This document shows positions 46,921 to 56,375 of a DNA stretch of 64,000 bases, piece after piece. A program made the position numbers and the translations under genes. Below the pieces are notes generated by a model. That model ran no database searches. It was not told the DNA's origin and saw nothing but the letters and a program-made list of their open reading frames with translations. Within the stretch, counting starts at the first letter, position 1. Each line of letters starts with the position of its first letter. This DNA is from Candidatus Avimonas narfae. Lineage in GTDB: Bacteria; Bacillota; Clostridia; Oscillospirales; Acutalibacteraceae. Where the stretch lies: the NCBI GenBank assembly GCA_904395335.1, contig CAJFNR010000063.1:31940-95939 (forward strand), in the 5' to 3' direction.

Positions 46921-49647
46921 TCAGATGGAGCCTTTGCGGCGGAACAGACGCAGCACCAGCTTGCGCAGCAGATCGGCGGGGATCACCCAGAAAGCGATCA
47001 TCAGCACGGTGCGCAACTCCCCTGAGGTGAGTCCTGCCGTGCGGAAGAGGCTGCCTCCAAAATAAATCAACAGCAGCTGGACCACTGCCACCATAACCAT
47101 AATCAGGGCGAACAGCGGATTTCCCCGCAGATGGGCCAGTAGGTTGAGGCGGTGTGTCCGGGCGTTGAAGCTGTTGAACACGCCGGTAAAAACAAATAGG
47201 GCGAAAAATGCGGTTTGAAAATAGATGGGATTGAGGTCATAACGGAAGCTGTCCCGGATCATGGGCAGTTTGAGGAAAAGCAGACAGAGAACAACCGTGA
47301 ACAGGCCCATACAGACGATTTGATGCAGCATATACCGGTTGAGCACTGGTTCATCCCGGCGCTTAGGTGTTTCCCGCATGTATTCTGCCAGTGGAGGCTC
47401 GCCCGCGAAAGCCAGCCCGGCCAGGGTATCCATGATGATGTTGATCCACAGCATCTGGATGACGGTAACAGGGGTATCAATGCCGATAAAGGGACCGATG
47501 ACGGAGACGCCCACCGCGCAGAGGTTCATGGTGAGCTGGAACACAATGAATTTCCGGATACTCTTGAAAATAGTGCGCCCATACAGCACAGCCCGGGAAA
47601 TGGAGGCGATATTGTCGTCCAGGATAACGATATCCCCGGCTTCCTTGGCCACTTCAGTACCGCTGCCCATGGCAAAGCCCACGTCCGCCAGCTTGAGGGC
47701 CGGGGCGTCGTTGATGCCGTCGCCGGTCATGCCGGCCACCAGGCCCATCTGCTGGGCGATGCGGACCAGGCGGCTTTTGTCCTCCGGCAGAGCGCGGGCC
47801 ACCACCCGCAGGGAGGGCAGGCGCTTTTTCAGTTGTTCGTCGCTCAGGGCGTTCAGTTCCTCGCTGGTCATGACGGCGTCGCGGTCCCGGCCGCTTAGCA
47901 GGCCGGCCTCCCGGGCAATGGCGGAGGCGGTTTCCCGGCTGTCTCCCGTGATCATCACCACCTGGATGCCGGCGCCGCGGATTTCTGAAACCGCCTTACG
48001 CGCTTCCGGCCGAACCTCATCCCGGATGCCCATCAGACCGATCAGGATCAGGTTGCCGGGAATGCCGCCAGTCCCCACCGGGGTTTCCGACACTGCCAGC
48101 GCCAGCATGCGCACGGCATGGCCGGTCATCTCCTGCATTTTCTGATGGAGCAGGGACACGGCGGTAAGGGGACGCACCACGCCATTTTCATCGTAATACC
48201 GGGTGCAGCGGGCCAGCAAGCGTTCCGGTGCCCCCTTGATCAGGACCAGTCCGTCCCGTGGTCCACCATCCAGCCGGACGGCGGAGTATTTCCGCGCGCT
48301 GTCGAAGGGGATGCGGTCGGCGGTACGGCACACATCTTTCTTCCGCCGCTTTTTAAGCACGTATTCCAGCAGAGCCCGGTCGGTGGCATTGCCGCCCAGG
48401 GCCCGGCCTCCCGAGATTAGACTGGCAGTGTTGCAGACGCAGGAAAGCTCCACCAGCTCCCATAGGGGCCGGTGACGGGCCAGATCCCCAGCGTGTCGGT
48501 ATTCAGAGCCGTCCCCGGTGAGAAAGCGTTGAACCTCCAGCCGGCCCTTGGTCAAGGTGCCGGTTTTGTCAGTGAACAGGATGTTGAGACTGCCGGAGGT
48601 TTCGATGCCCACCAGCTTGCGCACCAACACGTTGTCCCGCAGCATCCGCCGCATATTGGAGGACAGCACCACCGTGATCATCATGGGCAGGCCTTCCGGT
48701 ACCGCCACTACCACCACCGTAATGGCCAGGGTCAGGGCATGAAGTACGTGTCCAAACAGCAGGGCCGGCTGGGAGAGCTCCGACAGGATGGCGGCGCTGT
48801 TCATGCCGTTGTCCAGCACTAGGGAGTGGAACAGGTCTGCGACAGCCACGCACGCCGCCGCCACGTAGCCGATACGGCTGATGACCTTAGCCAGCCCGGC
48901 CAGGCGTACTTTCAGCGGGCTTTCCCGGGTTTCCTCCTGTACCTGCCGGGCCATGCGGCCGTAAAAGGTGGCGTCGCCCACCCGTTTGACCAGCAGGACA
49001 CCTTCTCCGGAGCAGACCACGCTGCCGCGAAACAGCTGGACGGGATTCAGAAAGTCCGTTTCCTGACCGCTGTCCACACCGGGACGTTTGTCCGCCTCCT
49101 TGCTCTCGCCGTTGAGGGCTGACTGATCCACGCTGAGATGCCCGGAGATTAGCAGGCCGTCCGCCGGGATCATTTCCCCGGCCTGGAGCAGTACCAGATC
49201 ACCCTGGACGATCTCTCCAATGGGGAGCGGCACCACGCCGCCGGAGCGGCGCACCCGGCAGGTGATGCGGGCGGCGTCCTCCTGCATCTTCTCAAAGGCC
49301 GATTCGCTGCCGTATTCCGACAGGGTGGAAACAAAGGTGGCGAGGAAGATGGCCAGGGCAATTCCCGCCGATTCGTACCAGTCAAAATGGCGGAACAGAA
49401 ACAGGACGTTGACGGCCAGGGCAATCAGCAGAATTTTGATGATGGGATCGCCGAAGCTGGACAGGAACTGGCGGAAAAAGCTGTTGCGCTTCTTTTGGGT
49501 CAACTGGTTGGAGCCGTGCTGCTTCCGGGACTGTTCCACCTGGGCCGGGGTCAGCCCTTCCCGAGGGGCGCCGGAGCCCGGCGGGTATGCGGGCCGGGAA
49601 GTTCCCGTCCGAAATCCGCCGGTGGGAAGGGTTTCCGACAGCGCCAT
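46921..49647 (-). CDS. Cation-transporting P-type ATPase (P2-type, Ca2+/Mg2+ pump-like)
   Basis: The start was moved to MALSETLPTGG with an AAAGGAGTG RBS; the track ORF extends 105 codons further upstream. DKTGTLT (phosphorylation site), MITGDSRETA and VAMTGDGINDAPALK motifs are all present. Confidence 0.85.
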   Translation of the reverse strand: MALSETLPTGGFRTGTSRPAYPPGSGAPREGLTPAQVEQSRKQHGSNQLTQKKRNSFFRQFLSSFGDPIIKILLIALAVNVLFLFRHFDWYESAGIALAIFLATFVSTLSEYGSESAFEKMQEDAARITCRVRRSGGVVPLPIGEIVQGDLVLLQAGEMIPADGLLISGHLSVDQSALNGESKEADKRPGVDSGQETDFLNPVQLFRGSVVCSGEGVLLVKRVGDATFYGRMARQVQEETRESPLKVRLAGLAKVISRIGYVAAACVAVADLFHSLVLDNGMNSAAILSELSQPALLFGHVLHALTLAITVVVVAVPEGLPMMITVVLSSNMRRMLRDNVLVRKLVGIETSGSLNILFTDKTGTLTKGRLEVQRFLTGDGSEYRHAGDLARHRPLWELVELSCVCNTASLISGGRALGGNATDRALLEYVLKKRRKKDVCRTADRIPFDSARKYSAVRLDGGPRDGLVLIKGAPERLLARCTRYYDENGVVRPLTAVSLLHQKMQEMTGHAVRMLALAVSETPVGTGGIPGNLILIGLMGIRDEVRPEARKAVSEIRGAGIQVVMITGDSRETASAIAREAGLLSGRDRDAVMTSEELNALSDEQLKKRLPSLRVVARALPEDKSRLVRIAQQMGLVAGMTGDGINDAPALKLADVGFAMGSGTEVAKEAGDIVILDDNIASISRAVLYGRTIFKSIRKFIVFQLTMNLCAVGVSVIGPFIGIDTPVTVIQMLWINIIMDTLAGLAFAGEPPLAEYMRETPKRRDEPVLNRYMLHQIVCMGLFTVVLCLLFLKLPMIRDSFRYDLNPIYFQTAFFALFVFTGVFNSFNARTHRLNLLAHLRGNPLFALIMVMVAVVQLLLIYFGGSLFRTAGLTSGELRTVLMIAFWVIPADLLRKLVLRLFRRKGSI

Positions 49648-49748
49648 GAACGTCACTCCTTTCGTACAACCAGTGTATTCCCGGAGCCGGGGGAATATGA
49701 CCGGCGAAGGGGATCGATCCGGCGTGATGCTGTCGGCGCAAACGAAAA

Positions 49749-49779
49749 GGGTCCCGGAAGGCACAGCCTTCCGGGACCC
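49749..49779. terminator. Strong bidirectional terminator between the flotillin gene and the P-type ATPase gene
   Basis: GGGTCCCGGAAGG-cacag-CCTTCCGGGACCC, flanked by A-runs and T-runs. Confidence 0.75.
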
Positions 49780-49796
49780 TTTTGCGGGAAACGGGA

Positions 49797-51203
49797 TTAT
49801 TCCTTGGGTGCGGCGGGAGCGTCCGCCTCGGTGCCCAGAAATTCGGGGATTTTCAATCCAGCCATTTTGAAGGTCTCGCTGAGAGGCGGGATGGATTTCA
49901 TCATACCGGACAGGAAATTGGCGGTGGTGGGAGTGCCTCCTTCGCCATTCATGCTGTCCCACACCGTGATCTTGTCGATGTTCAGGTTCTTGACCGCTTC
50001 CACCTGGATTTTTACCAGCTCTTCGATTTTGTCGGTCAGCAGCAACTGCACCGCGGAATCCGCGCTGCCTCCGGCCGCCTTAACCAGCTCGGCGAAGCCC
50101 TGGGCCTGTTTCTGCAGAATCTCCTGCATACCGCGGCCCTGTGCCTCCATCTTGGCAAAGATAGCATCCGCTTCACCCTGAGCCTTCCGGCGGATTTGTT
50201 CCGCCTCGGCTTCGGCTTCCAGCACCTTTTTCTCTTTTTCAATCTGGGCGTCCACGATGATGTCCGCCTGCTGTGTGGCTAGCTCACGGGCGGCACGGGC
50301 TTTTTCCGCCTCCTGCTGGGCGATGTAGGCCTGCTTCTGCGCCTCGGCTTCGTTCAACTTCTCGGCGGTGACGGCCCGGCGAAGGGCCTCGGCTTCCTGT
50401 TCGCGACGGGTGGCGTCGGACTGGGCGATGTTGGCCTTGGATTTATTTTCACCATCCACAGCGGTGGCATTGGCTGCCGCCACGGAGACACGCTGGTCGC
50501 GCATGGCGTTGGCCTCCCCGATGGAGCCCTCCCGGTTGCGTTCCGCCACCTGAATACGGGCCTCGTTGATGGCCTTAGCGGCCGCTTCTTTACCCAGGGC
50601 CTCGATGTACCCGGATTCGTCGCTGATATCGGTGACGTTGACGTTGATCAAGCGCAGGCCGATTTTCCGCAGCTCGCTTTCCACGCAGGAGGAGACAGCG
50701 GACAGGAATTTGTCGCGGTCGGTGTTGATCTCCTCGATGTCCATGGTGGCGATAATGAGGCGCATCTGACCGAAGATGATGTCCTTGGCCAGTTCCTGAA
50801 TTTCCGTCAGCTTCAGCCCCAGAAGGCGCTCGGCGGCGTTCTGCATGGTGCCGGGCTCAGTGGAAATACCCACGGTGAAGCGGGCGGGCACGTCGATACG
50901 GATATTCTGGCGGGATAGGGCGTTTTTCAGGTCCACGCTGATGGACATGGGTGTCAGGTCCAGGTACTCATAGGCCTGGATCACCGGCATGATGAAGGCC
51001 GCACCACCGTGAATGCAGTTGGCGGAACGGGGAGAGCCGTCCTTGTTGGGCTTTACCTTACCGTAGATAACCATGACCTTGTCGGAGGGACAACGGCGGT
51101 ACCGGGACAGAAAAACCAGGATCAGACTGAACACCAATACCACGATGACCACCGCCAGGATGATGGCGGAGGGGGGCAGGGATGCCGCGAGAAATGTGCG
51201 CAT
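49797..51203 (-). CDS. Flotillin-like SPFH/band-7 protein (FloT/YqiK type)
   Basis: An N-terminal membrane anchor, an SPFH domain, and a long Ala/Glu/Gln-rich coiled-coil region (EAEAQKQAYIAQQEAEKARAARELATQQ). Confidence 0.85.
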   Translation of the reverse strand: MRTFLAASLPPSAIILAVVIVVLVFSLILVFLSRYRRCPSDKVMVIYGKVKPNKDGSPRSANCIHGGAAFIMPVIQAYEYLDLTPMSISVDLKNALSRQNIRIDVPARFTVGISTEPGTMQNAAERLLGLKLTEIQELAKDIIFGQMRLIIATMDIEEINTDRDKFLSAVSSCVESELRKIGLRLINVNVTDISDESGYIEALGKEAAAKAINEARIQVAERNREGSIGEANAMRDQRVSVAAANATAVDGENKSKANIAQSDATRREQEAEALRRAVTAEKLNEAEAQKQAYIAQQEAEKARAARELATQQADIIVDAQIEKEKKVLEAEAEAEQIRRKAQGEADAIFAKMEAQGRGMQEILQKQAQGFAELVKAAGGSADSAVQLLLTDKIEELVKIQVEAVKNLNIDKITVWDSMNGEGGTPTTANFLSGMMKSIPPLSETFKMAGLKIPEFLGTEADAPAAPKE

Positions 51204-51265
51204 GACAAAACACTCCTTTAACTAAAATATAGGATTCGTAGGGATTCCACCGGATGGCGGAGAGA

Positions 51266-51871
51266 TCAGGACAACGGGGCCACAACCAGGGTGTTGTTTT
51301 CCAGTACTTCAGTTACCCGGATCCGTTCGCCGTCCCGCAAAGCCTGCTGGGGACAAACCGCGTCCAGCTCCAGAAAGCGATCCTGAACCACCAGGGTGAC
51401 CTTGCCTTTTCCGCCCTGAGGGATGGCGACGTAGACCTCACCCGTCAATCCCACGGCGTTGTGCAGATTCAGATTGCCGGAAGACTGAAGTTTTAGCGAC
51501 CAGCGGAGCACCAGCGCCACCACCAGCATGGCGGCAAAGCCGCCTGCCAGAGCGGCAATAGTGGTGGGAACGGCGGAAACTCCCAGATCGGTCAGGGCCA
51601 CACCCACCCAGCCGCACACGGCCAGAAAAGCGACGATGCCGCGCACGGTGAGCAAGCGCAGGCCGGCCACATGATCGGCGCCGTGGTCGTGGTCTGTTTC
51701 CGCTCCGGCATCCACATCCGCGCCGGTGTCTGTGTCATAGTCGGCGTCGTGGCCGCCGCCTACGCCGAAGAGCAGCAAAATGGTCTGCAGCAACAGGATG
51801 AGAGTGGACGGGATGGCGATGATGTAAAATACCTGCTCGATCAGGGGCAGGGCGTTCCACCATTCCATCAT
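51266..51871 (-). CDS. NfeD-family membrane protein (YuaF-like flotillin partner)
   Basis: It starts at MMEWWN with a GAAAGGTG RBS. Transmembrane helices are followed by a C-terminal OB-fold beta domain (GEVYVAIPQGGKGKVTLVVQDRFLELDAV). It sits directly upstream of the flotillin gene. Confidence 0.75.
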   Translation of the reverse strand: MMEWWNALPLIEQVFYIIAIPSTLILLLQTILLLFGVGGGHDADYDTDTGADVDAGAETDHDHGADHVAGLRLLTVRGIVAFLAVCGWVGVALTDLGVSAVPTTIAALAGGFAAMLVVALVLRWSLKLQSSGNLNLHNAVGLTGEVYVAIPQGGKGKVTLVVQDRFLELDAVCPQQALRDGERIRVTEVLENNTLVVAPLS

Positions 51872-51878
51872 AGGGAAA

Positions 51879-52514
51879 TCACACCTTTCGTTTGTTTTTC
51901 GCAGGGGAAGAACCATGGTTCCGGGGAACCGGCGATTCGTCAGGGGATACTTCCCGCGCCATGAGCGCATCCGCTTCCTGCATCAGTGCGGCGGCCGCCA
52001 CATTGAGCAGCATGATGGTCAGGGCGTGGGACAGGCGTTCCTTGGCGTCCGGCACGGGTCCCTCATAACCCTCAAGCAGCGCTTCAATGAGGGTTGTGAC
52101 GAACTCGTGGTTTAAGGCGCTTTCCTCCCGCAGGCGCAGGGTGGCCGTGCACAGCCAGTTGTACAGCTGATCATCGGGAAGAATGTCGTCCGTCCGGTCG
52201 TCCACACTGCCGTTGACATAGCGCAGCAGGGAGGCGATCTGGTCCAGCCGCATGGCGGGACGAAGCAGGTTGATCAGCAGAATGCGTGCCACCTGACGCT
52301 CTCCGTACCTTTTGTTAACCGGGGCGGATACCCAGCCGCGCTTGACCCAGTTCTGGACGGTGGCGGGGGACAGTCCGGTCAGCTCCGTCACCTGGGATAG
52401 CAGCAGCCCTCCACCGGATACGGCGAAGACCGGCTCCAGAAGGGAAAAGGGGCGTTCCGGGAGTACCTCCGGCAAGGGAAGGACGGTGCCGGGCAGCGTA
52501 GAGTTCATATGCAT
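51879..52514 (-). CDS. MerR-like HTH domain protein (DUF1836-like)
   Basis: It starts at MHMNSTLPG with an AAAGGAGG RBS. LLLSQVTELTGLSPATVQNWVKRGWV resembles a MerR-type HTH. It is the first gene of the NfeD-flotillin operon. Confidence 0.55.
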   Translation of the reverse strand: MHMNSTLPGTVLPLPEVLPERPFSLLEPVFAVSGGGLLLSQVTELTGLSPATVQNWVKRGWVSAPVNKRYGERQVARILLINLLRPAMRLDQIASLLRYVNGSVDDRTDDILPDDQLYNWLCTATLRLREESALNHEFVTTLIEALLEGYEGPVPDAKERLSHALTIMLLNVAAAALMQEADALMAREVSPDESPVPRNHGSSPAKNKRKV

Positions 52515-52978
52515 CCTCCTTTCTGATTGGGATGACCGTGGATAGCGACAAAGAAATTTTGCTGGTAAATGCCATGTGGGACCGTGTTCATGGTGCGATG
52601 CATCTGGGATTCCTCCGAAGTGCTCCTGATGTTGCCCGTTCCTCAAGGTATCTTCTCAAGGGGGGGTGAACCGGTCTAGAAATTGGAACTGCTGAGAATA
52701 TGATCGCGAGACCTTATCTTGAGTTCGATAGTATCTTATCACGCGGTCATATGAACCTCAATCTCCAAAAAAGCGGAAAAGAAGACAGGGGGGTCTCCGT
52801 CGGGAAAGGGGATGGGGAAATCTTCCTCGGACGCTTTCATACGCCTTTTTTCTTCCGAAAGCTCCTTTTTTTAAGAAAGACTTTACTTTGATAGCAGGAT
52901 AGTGTATCATAAAATTCCAATGGAAGAGGCGTTTGCCTGCCTTACTACCTTATGGAGAGAAGACGGAGGGAAGAACAG

Positions 52979-53830
52979 ATGAAGCGGGTTTTGGCGGTTA
53001 TGACGGCCGTGTTGATGACGGCGGCGCTGCTGAGCGGCTGCAACAGCGCAAAAAGTAAGGAATACAAGATTTTGGACGAGGCGTTCTCCGACGAGGAATA
53101 CGTTATCGGTTTCCGCAAGGGCGATGAAACGCTGCGGGACGAGGTACAGAGGATCCTGGTGGAGATGAAGAAGGACGGCAAGCTAGCGGAGATCGGCAAT
53201 ACCTGGTTCGGGGCGGACAACACCACTGTCCCGGAGGAATTCACCCCTTCCGGCGCATCCGACGACTCTCTGGCTAAGGTGAAGGAAAAGGGTACCTTTG
53301 TACTGGGGCTGGACGATTCCTTCCCGCCCATGGGTTTCCGCGACGAGGACAACAACATTGTGGGATTTGACATCGATGTGGCCCGCGAGGTGTGCAGCCG
53401 TATGGGAGTCGAGCTGGAGCTGATGCCCATCGACTGGGACAGCAAGGTCAGCGAGCTCAATGACGGCAAGGTGGATTGCCTCTGGAATGGCTTTACCACC
53501 AGCCCGGAGCGGGAAGCGGAAATGACCATGTCCCAGCCATACATGAAAAACCGCCAGGTGGTGGTGACGCTGAAGGATTCCGCTATCAACACCGTGGATG
53601 ACCTGAAAGACAAGACTCTGGTGTTGCAGGGCGGTTCCACAGCGGAGGATGCGCTGGAGGCCCATCCGGAAATCAAGGACGGCCTCAAGGAAGCGGTCAA
53701 GGTCAAGAACAACGTCGTGGCCATGTATGACCTGGGCAAGGGCGGCTCCGATGCCGTTCTGATGGACGAGGTGGTGGCCCGCTATTACATCGGCCACACC
53801 GATCAGCTGGAAAAGGACGGACAGGAATAA
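52979..53830 (+). CDS. Amino-acid ABC transporter substrate-binding lipoprotein (family 3 SBP)
   Basis: A lipoprotein signal (MKRVLAVMTAVLMTAALLSGC) plus a type-3 SBP fold. It is followed by a permease and an ATPase. Confidence 0.85.
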   Translation: MKRVLAVMTAVLMTAALLSGCNSAKSKEYKILDEAFSDEEYVIGFRKGDETLRDEVQRILVEMKKDGKLAEIGNTWFGADNTTVPEEFTPSGASDDSLAKVKEKGTFVLGLDDSFPPMGFRDEDNNIVGFDIDVAREVCSRMGVELELMPIDWDSKVSELNDGKVDCLWNGFTTSPEREAEMTMSQPYMKNRQVVVTLKDSAINTVDDLKDKTLVLQGGSTAEDALEAHPEIKDGLKEAVKVKNNVVAMYDLGKGGSDAVLMDEVVARYYIGHTDQLEKDGQE

Positions 53831-53912
53831 TCCTGCCGGCTGAGATTTTTACAAAGCAAAACGAAAAGGCCGGAATGCGCTCCGGCCTTTTCCCTGTACA
53901 GGAGGACGGGAC

Positions 53913-54548
53913 ATGTCACCGGAAGCTTTTGGAAAAATGCTGATGCAAATGGTGGAGGCGTCGGGCACCACCTTGTTGCTGTTCGCCCTCACCCTTGTTT
54001 TTGCTCTTCCCCTGGGACTGCTGGTGGCTTTCGGACGCATGTCCCGCCACTGGTTTATTCAGTGGCCTATCCGGTTTTACCTGCTGGTGATGCGCGGCAC
54101 GCCCTTGATGCTCCAGCTGATTTTCTTCTACTTCGGCCCGTGGGACATCGCCCGGTTTCCGGCGGCGGTGTTGACTTTCAGCCTGAATTATGCCGCCTAT
54201 TTCGCGGAAATCTACCGCGGCGGTATCGAGGGAATCCCGGTAGGCCAGTGGGAGGCGGCCCAGGTGCTGGGCCTGACCAAGGTGCAGACCTTTTTCCGCA
54301 TTGTGTTGCCTCAGGTGGTGAAAAATATCCTGCCTCCCATGGGCAATGAGTTCATGGTGCTGGTCAAGGACACGGCCTTGGCCCAGGTGATCGGGGTATC
54401 CGAGCTGTTCCGGCTGGCGTTCAGCATCACTTCCCGCGAGTTTACCATTATGCCGATTTTCATCGCCGGGGTGTTTTACCTGATCATGAACGCCTTGGTA
54501 TCCAAGGGCTTCAGCATAGCGGAAAAGCGGTTCAATTATTATCATTGA
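53913..54548 (+). CDS. Amino-acid ABC transporter permease (His/Glu/Gln/Arg/opine family)
   Basis: The EAA-like motif region (AQVLGLTKVQTFFRIVLPQ) and five transmembrane helices. Confidence 0.85.
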   Translation: MSPEAFGKMLMQMVEASGTTLLLFALTLVFALPLGLLVAFGRMSRHWFIQWPIRFYLLVMRGTPLMLQLIFFYFGPWDIARFPAAVLTFSLNYAAYFAEIYRGGIEGIPVGQWEAAQVLGLTKVQTFFRIVLPQVVKNILPPMGNEFMVLVKDTALAQVIGVSELFRLAFSITSREFTIMPIFIAGVFYLIMNALVSKGFSIAEKRFNYYH

Positions 54549-54563
54549 CAGGGGGGCCCGTTC

Positions 54564-55328
54564 ATGCCGATTTTATCTGTATCCCAACTGAATAAGGCGT
54601 TTGGGGAGGTGCAGGTCCTCCGGGGCATCTCTTTTGAGGTGAACAAGGGAGAGGTGCTGTCCGTCATCGGCCCTTCCGGATCGGGGAAATCCACCCTGCT
54701 GCGCTGCTGTACGCTGCTGGAGCGGGCGGACGCGGGACGTATCGCCTACGATGATTTGGTTATGGCAGACACAGGGGCCGATGGAAAGGCGGAATACAGC
54801 CCCTCTCCCGTGCTGCAGCAGATCCGGCGGCGCTTTGGCCTGGTTTTTCAGAATTTCAACCTGTTTCCTCACTTTTCCGTGCTACGCAACCTGACGGAAG
54901 CGCCGGTGCGGGTGCTGAAGGTTCCCAAAAAGGAGGCGGAGGACCGGGCCCGCGCCCTGCTGGAAAAGGTGGGGCTGAGCGGACGGGAGAACGCCTATCC
55001 CTGTGAGCTGTCCGGTGGTCAGCAGCAGAGGGTGGCCATCGCTCGCGCCCTGGCCATGCAGCCGGAGCTGCTGTTTTTCGACGAACCCACCTCCGCACTG
55101 GACCCGGAGCTCACCGGCGAGATCCTTAAGGTGATCCGTTCGCTGGCGGAGGAACATATGACCATGGTCATCGTCACCCATGAAATGGCATTTGCCCGGG
55201 ATGTGTCCGACCGCCTTATTTTCATGGACGGCGGTGTTATTGTGGAGCAGGGCGATCCCCGGCAGGTGATCGACCATCCTCAGAATGAGCGGACCCGCGC
55301 CTTCCTGTCGCGGTTCCACAGGGCGTAA
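54564..55328 (+). CDS. Amino-acid ABC transporter ATP-binding protein
   Basis: Walker A (GPSGSGKST), the signature [15 protein letters not shown], and Walker B ([12 protein letters not shown]). Confidence 0.9.
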   Translation: MPILSVSQLNKAFGEVQVLRGISFEVNKGEVLSVIGPSGSGKSTLLRCCTLLERADAGRIAYDDLVMADTGADGKAEYSPSPVLQQIRRRFGLVFQNFNLFPHFSVLRNLTEAPVRVLKVPKKEAEDRARALLEKVGLSGRENAYPCELSGGQQQRVAIARALAMQPELLFFDEPTSALDPELTGEILKVIRSLAEEHMTMVIVTHEMAFARDVSDRLIFMDGGVIVEQGDPRQVIDHPQNERTRAFLSRFHRA

Positions 55329-55368
55329 ACGCGGTTCCGGCCTGCGGAACCGGGAAAGGCGGTATCGT

Positions 55369-56109
55369 ATGAAAAAACAAGAGCGGAAATCCTCCGGAGC
55401 TCCGGCGGAGACGCGGCCCCGTCTGGATCAGAAGGAACCGGCGGCCTGGCGTTCCCGCAGCAAGGCGCTGCCCCGTGCGGCCATCGTTTTGGCGGCGGCG
55501 CAGCTGGTGCTGGTAGTGGTCCTCAACCTGCTGGCCAATTCCATGGTACAGGCCCTGCTGGTGGGTATTGTGCTGATTTCTCTGGGCGGGTGCCTGCTGT
55601 CCGGGTACCTTTTCGGAAAGGGGCGGGTTTTCGCCAATGTCTTCCGCACGGTGGCCTATGTCGCGTCGCTGTTGCCGGCTGTGGCGGTGGGATTGTCCTT
55701 TATCCCTATGCTTACCGGCGAGTACATCGCGCTGTTTACAGAGTTTGAATGGGCCGTTATCTTTAACATGGTGCAGGTGGGCTTTGCCACTTTGGCCCTG
55801 ACCCCTCTGCTGGCGGCCCTGACGCTGTTTGCCACCAATGCGCTCTCTCGGAAGAAATTCGACCTCATATCCCTGCGGATTTTTTCCCTGATCGGTCTGC
55901 TGGGGACGCTGGCCATGCTGGCGTATCCTGTCAAATCCGGAGTCATCGGTTCCGATACTGTGGGACAGGGCGTGTTTTATACTCTGGGGGCGCTGGCGTG
56001 CCTGTGTCTGGTGGCACTGATCGCGGTGGCCTGCGTCATGCGGGCCCCCTCCAATGTGGAAACGGCCGTGACAGAGCTGCCGCCCAAAAAAGCCTCGAAA
56101 CGGGCTTGA
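55369..56109 (+). CDS. Hypothetical polytopic membrane protein
   Basis: An internal ATG with a GGGAAAGGCGG RBS. It has a basic N-terminal tail followed by about six transmembrane helices. No recognisable motif. Confidence 0.55.
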   Translation: MKKQERKSSGAPAETRPRLDQKEPAAWRSRSKALPRAAIVLAAAQLVLVVVLNLLANSMVQALLVGIVLISLGGCLLSGYLFGKGRVFANVFRTVAYVASLLPAVAVGLSFIPMLTGEYIALFTEFEWAVIFNMVQVGFATLALTPLLAALTLFATNALSRKKFDLISLRIFSLIGLLGTLAMLAYPVKSGVIGSDTVGQGVFYTLGALACLCLVALIAVACVMRAPSNVETAVTELPPKKASKRA

Positions 56110-56183
56110 CAAAACGCCTGTAAGGGATATACTGAAAAGGCCGGTGGTCCCGGCAATCATAAACATAAGAGAAGGGTGAAAGG

Positions 56184-56195
56184 ATGCGTCTGTAA
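56184..56195 (+). promoter_or_regulatory. Three-codon upstream ORF (ATG CGT CTG TAA, M-R-L-stop) with its own SD, in the leader of the ABC-F gene
   Basis: AAGGGTGAAAGG lies 0-1 nt before ATG-CGT-CTG-TAA, which leaves essentially no SD-ATG spacing and is weaker than the RBSs of neighbouring genes. It is located 140 nt upstream of a terminator hairpin that abuts the ABC-F RBS. Confidence 0.35.
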
Positions 56196-56323
56196 GCTGT
56201 TTTTTCGACGGAATACCGTGTCCGCCTGCGGGCGGGCCCTGTTTCCGCTACCGAAAGACAGTGACAGACGGCCTTGGCTGCTTTTCCCTCAGGGGGAGAA
56301 GGGGTTATTCCCGTGTTGCACAA

Positions 56324-56356
56324 GTCTGCTTTCGGTTGGCCGGAAGCAGACTTTTT
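56324..56356 (+). terminator. Intrinsic terminator/attenuator hairpin immediately upstream of the ABC-F RBS
   Basis: GTCTGCTT-tcggttggccgg-AAGCAGAC followed by TTTTT. It ends 5 nt before the GAAGGGGGAA RBS. Confidence 0.65.
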
Positions 56357-56375
56357 GCATGAAGGGGGAATGCCC

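Noticed and set aside
49648-49962. 105-codon N-terminal extension of the P-type ATPase.
   Set aside because: It is Arg/His-rich with no RBS and it crosses the flotillin terminator. An internal Met with an AAAGGAGTG RBS gives a normal P-type ATPase N-terminus.
52700-52770. SAM-I riboswitch upstream of the amino-acid ABC transporter (CTTATCAcGCGG).
   Set aside because: The GGAGGGA...GGCCC...CCCGGCAACC core is missing; only a short chance match to the P1 start was seen.
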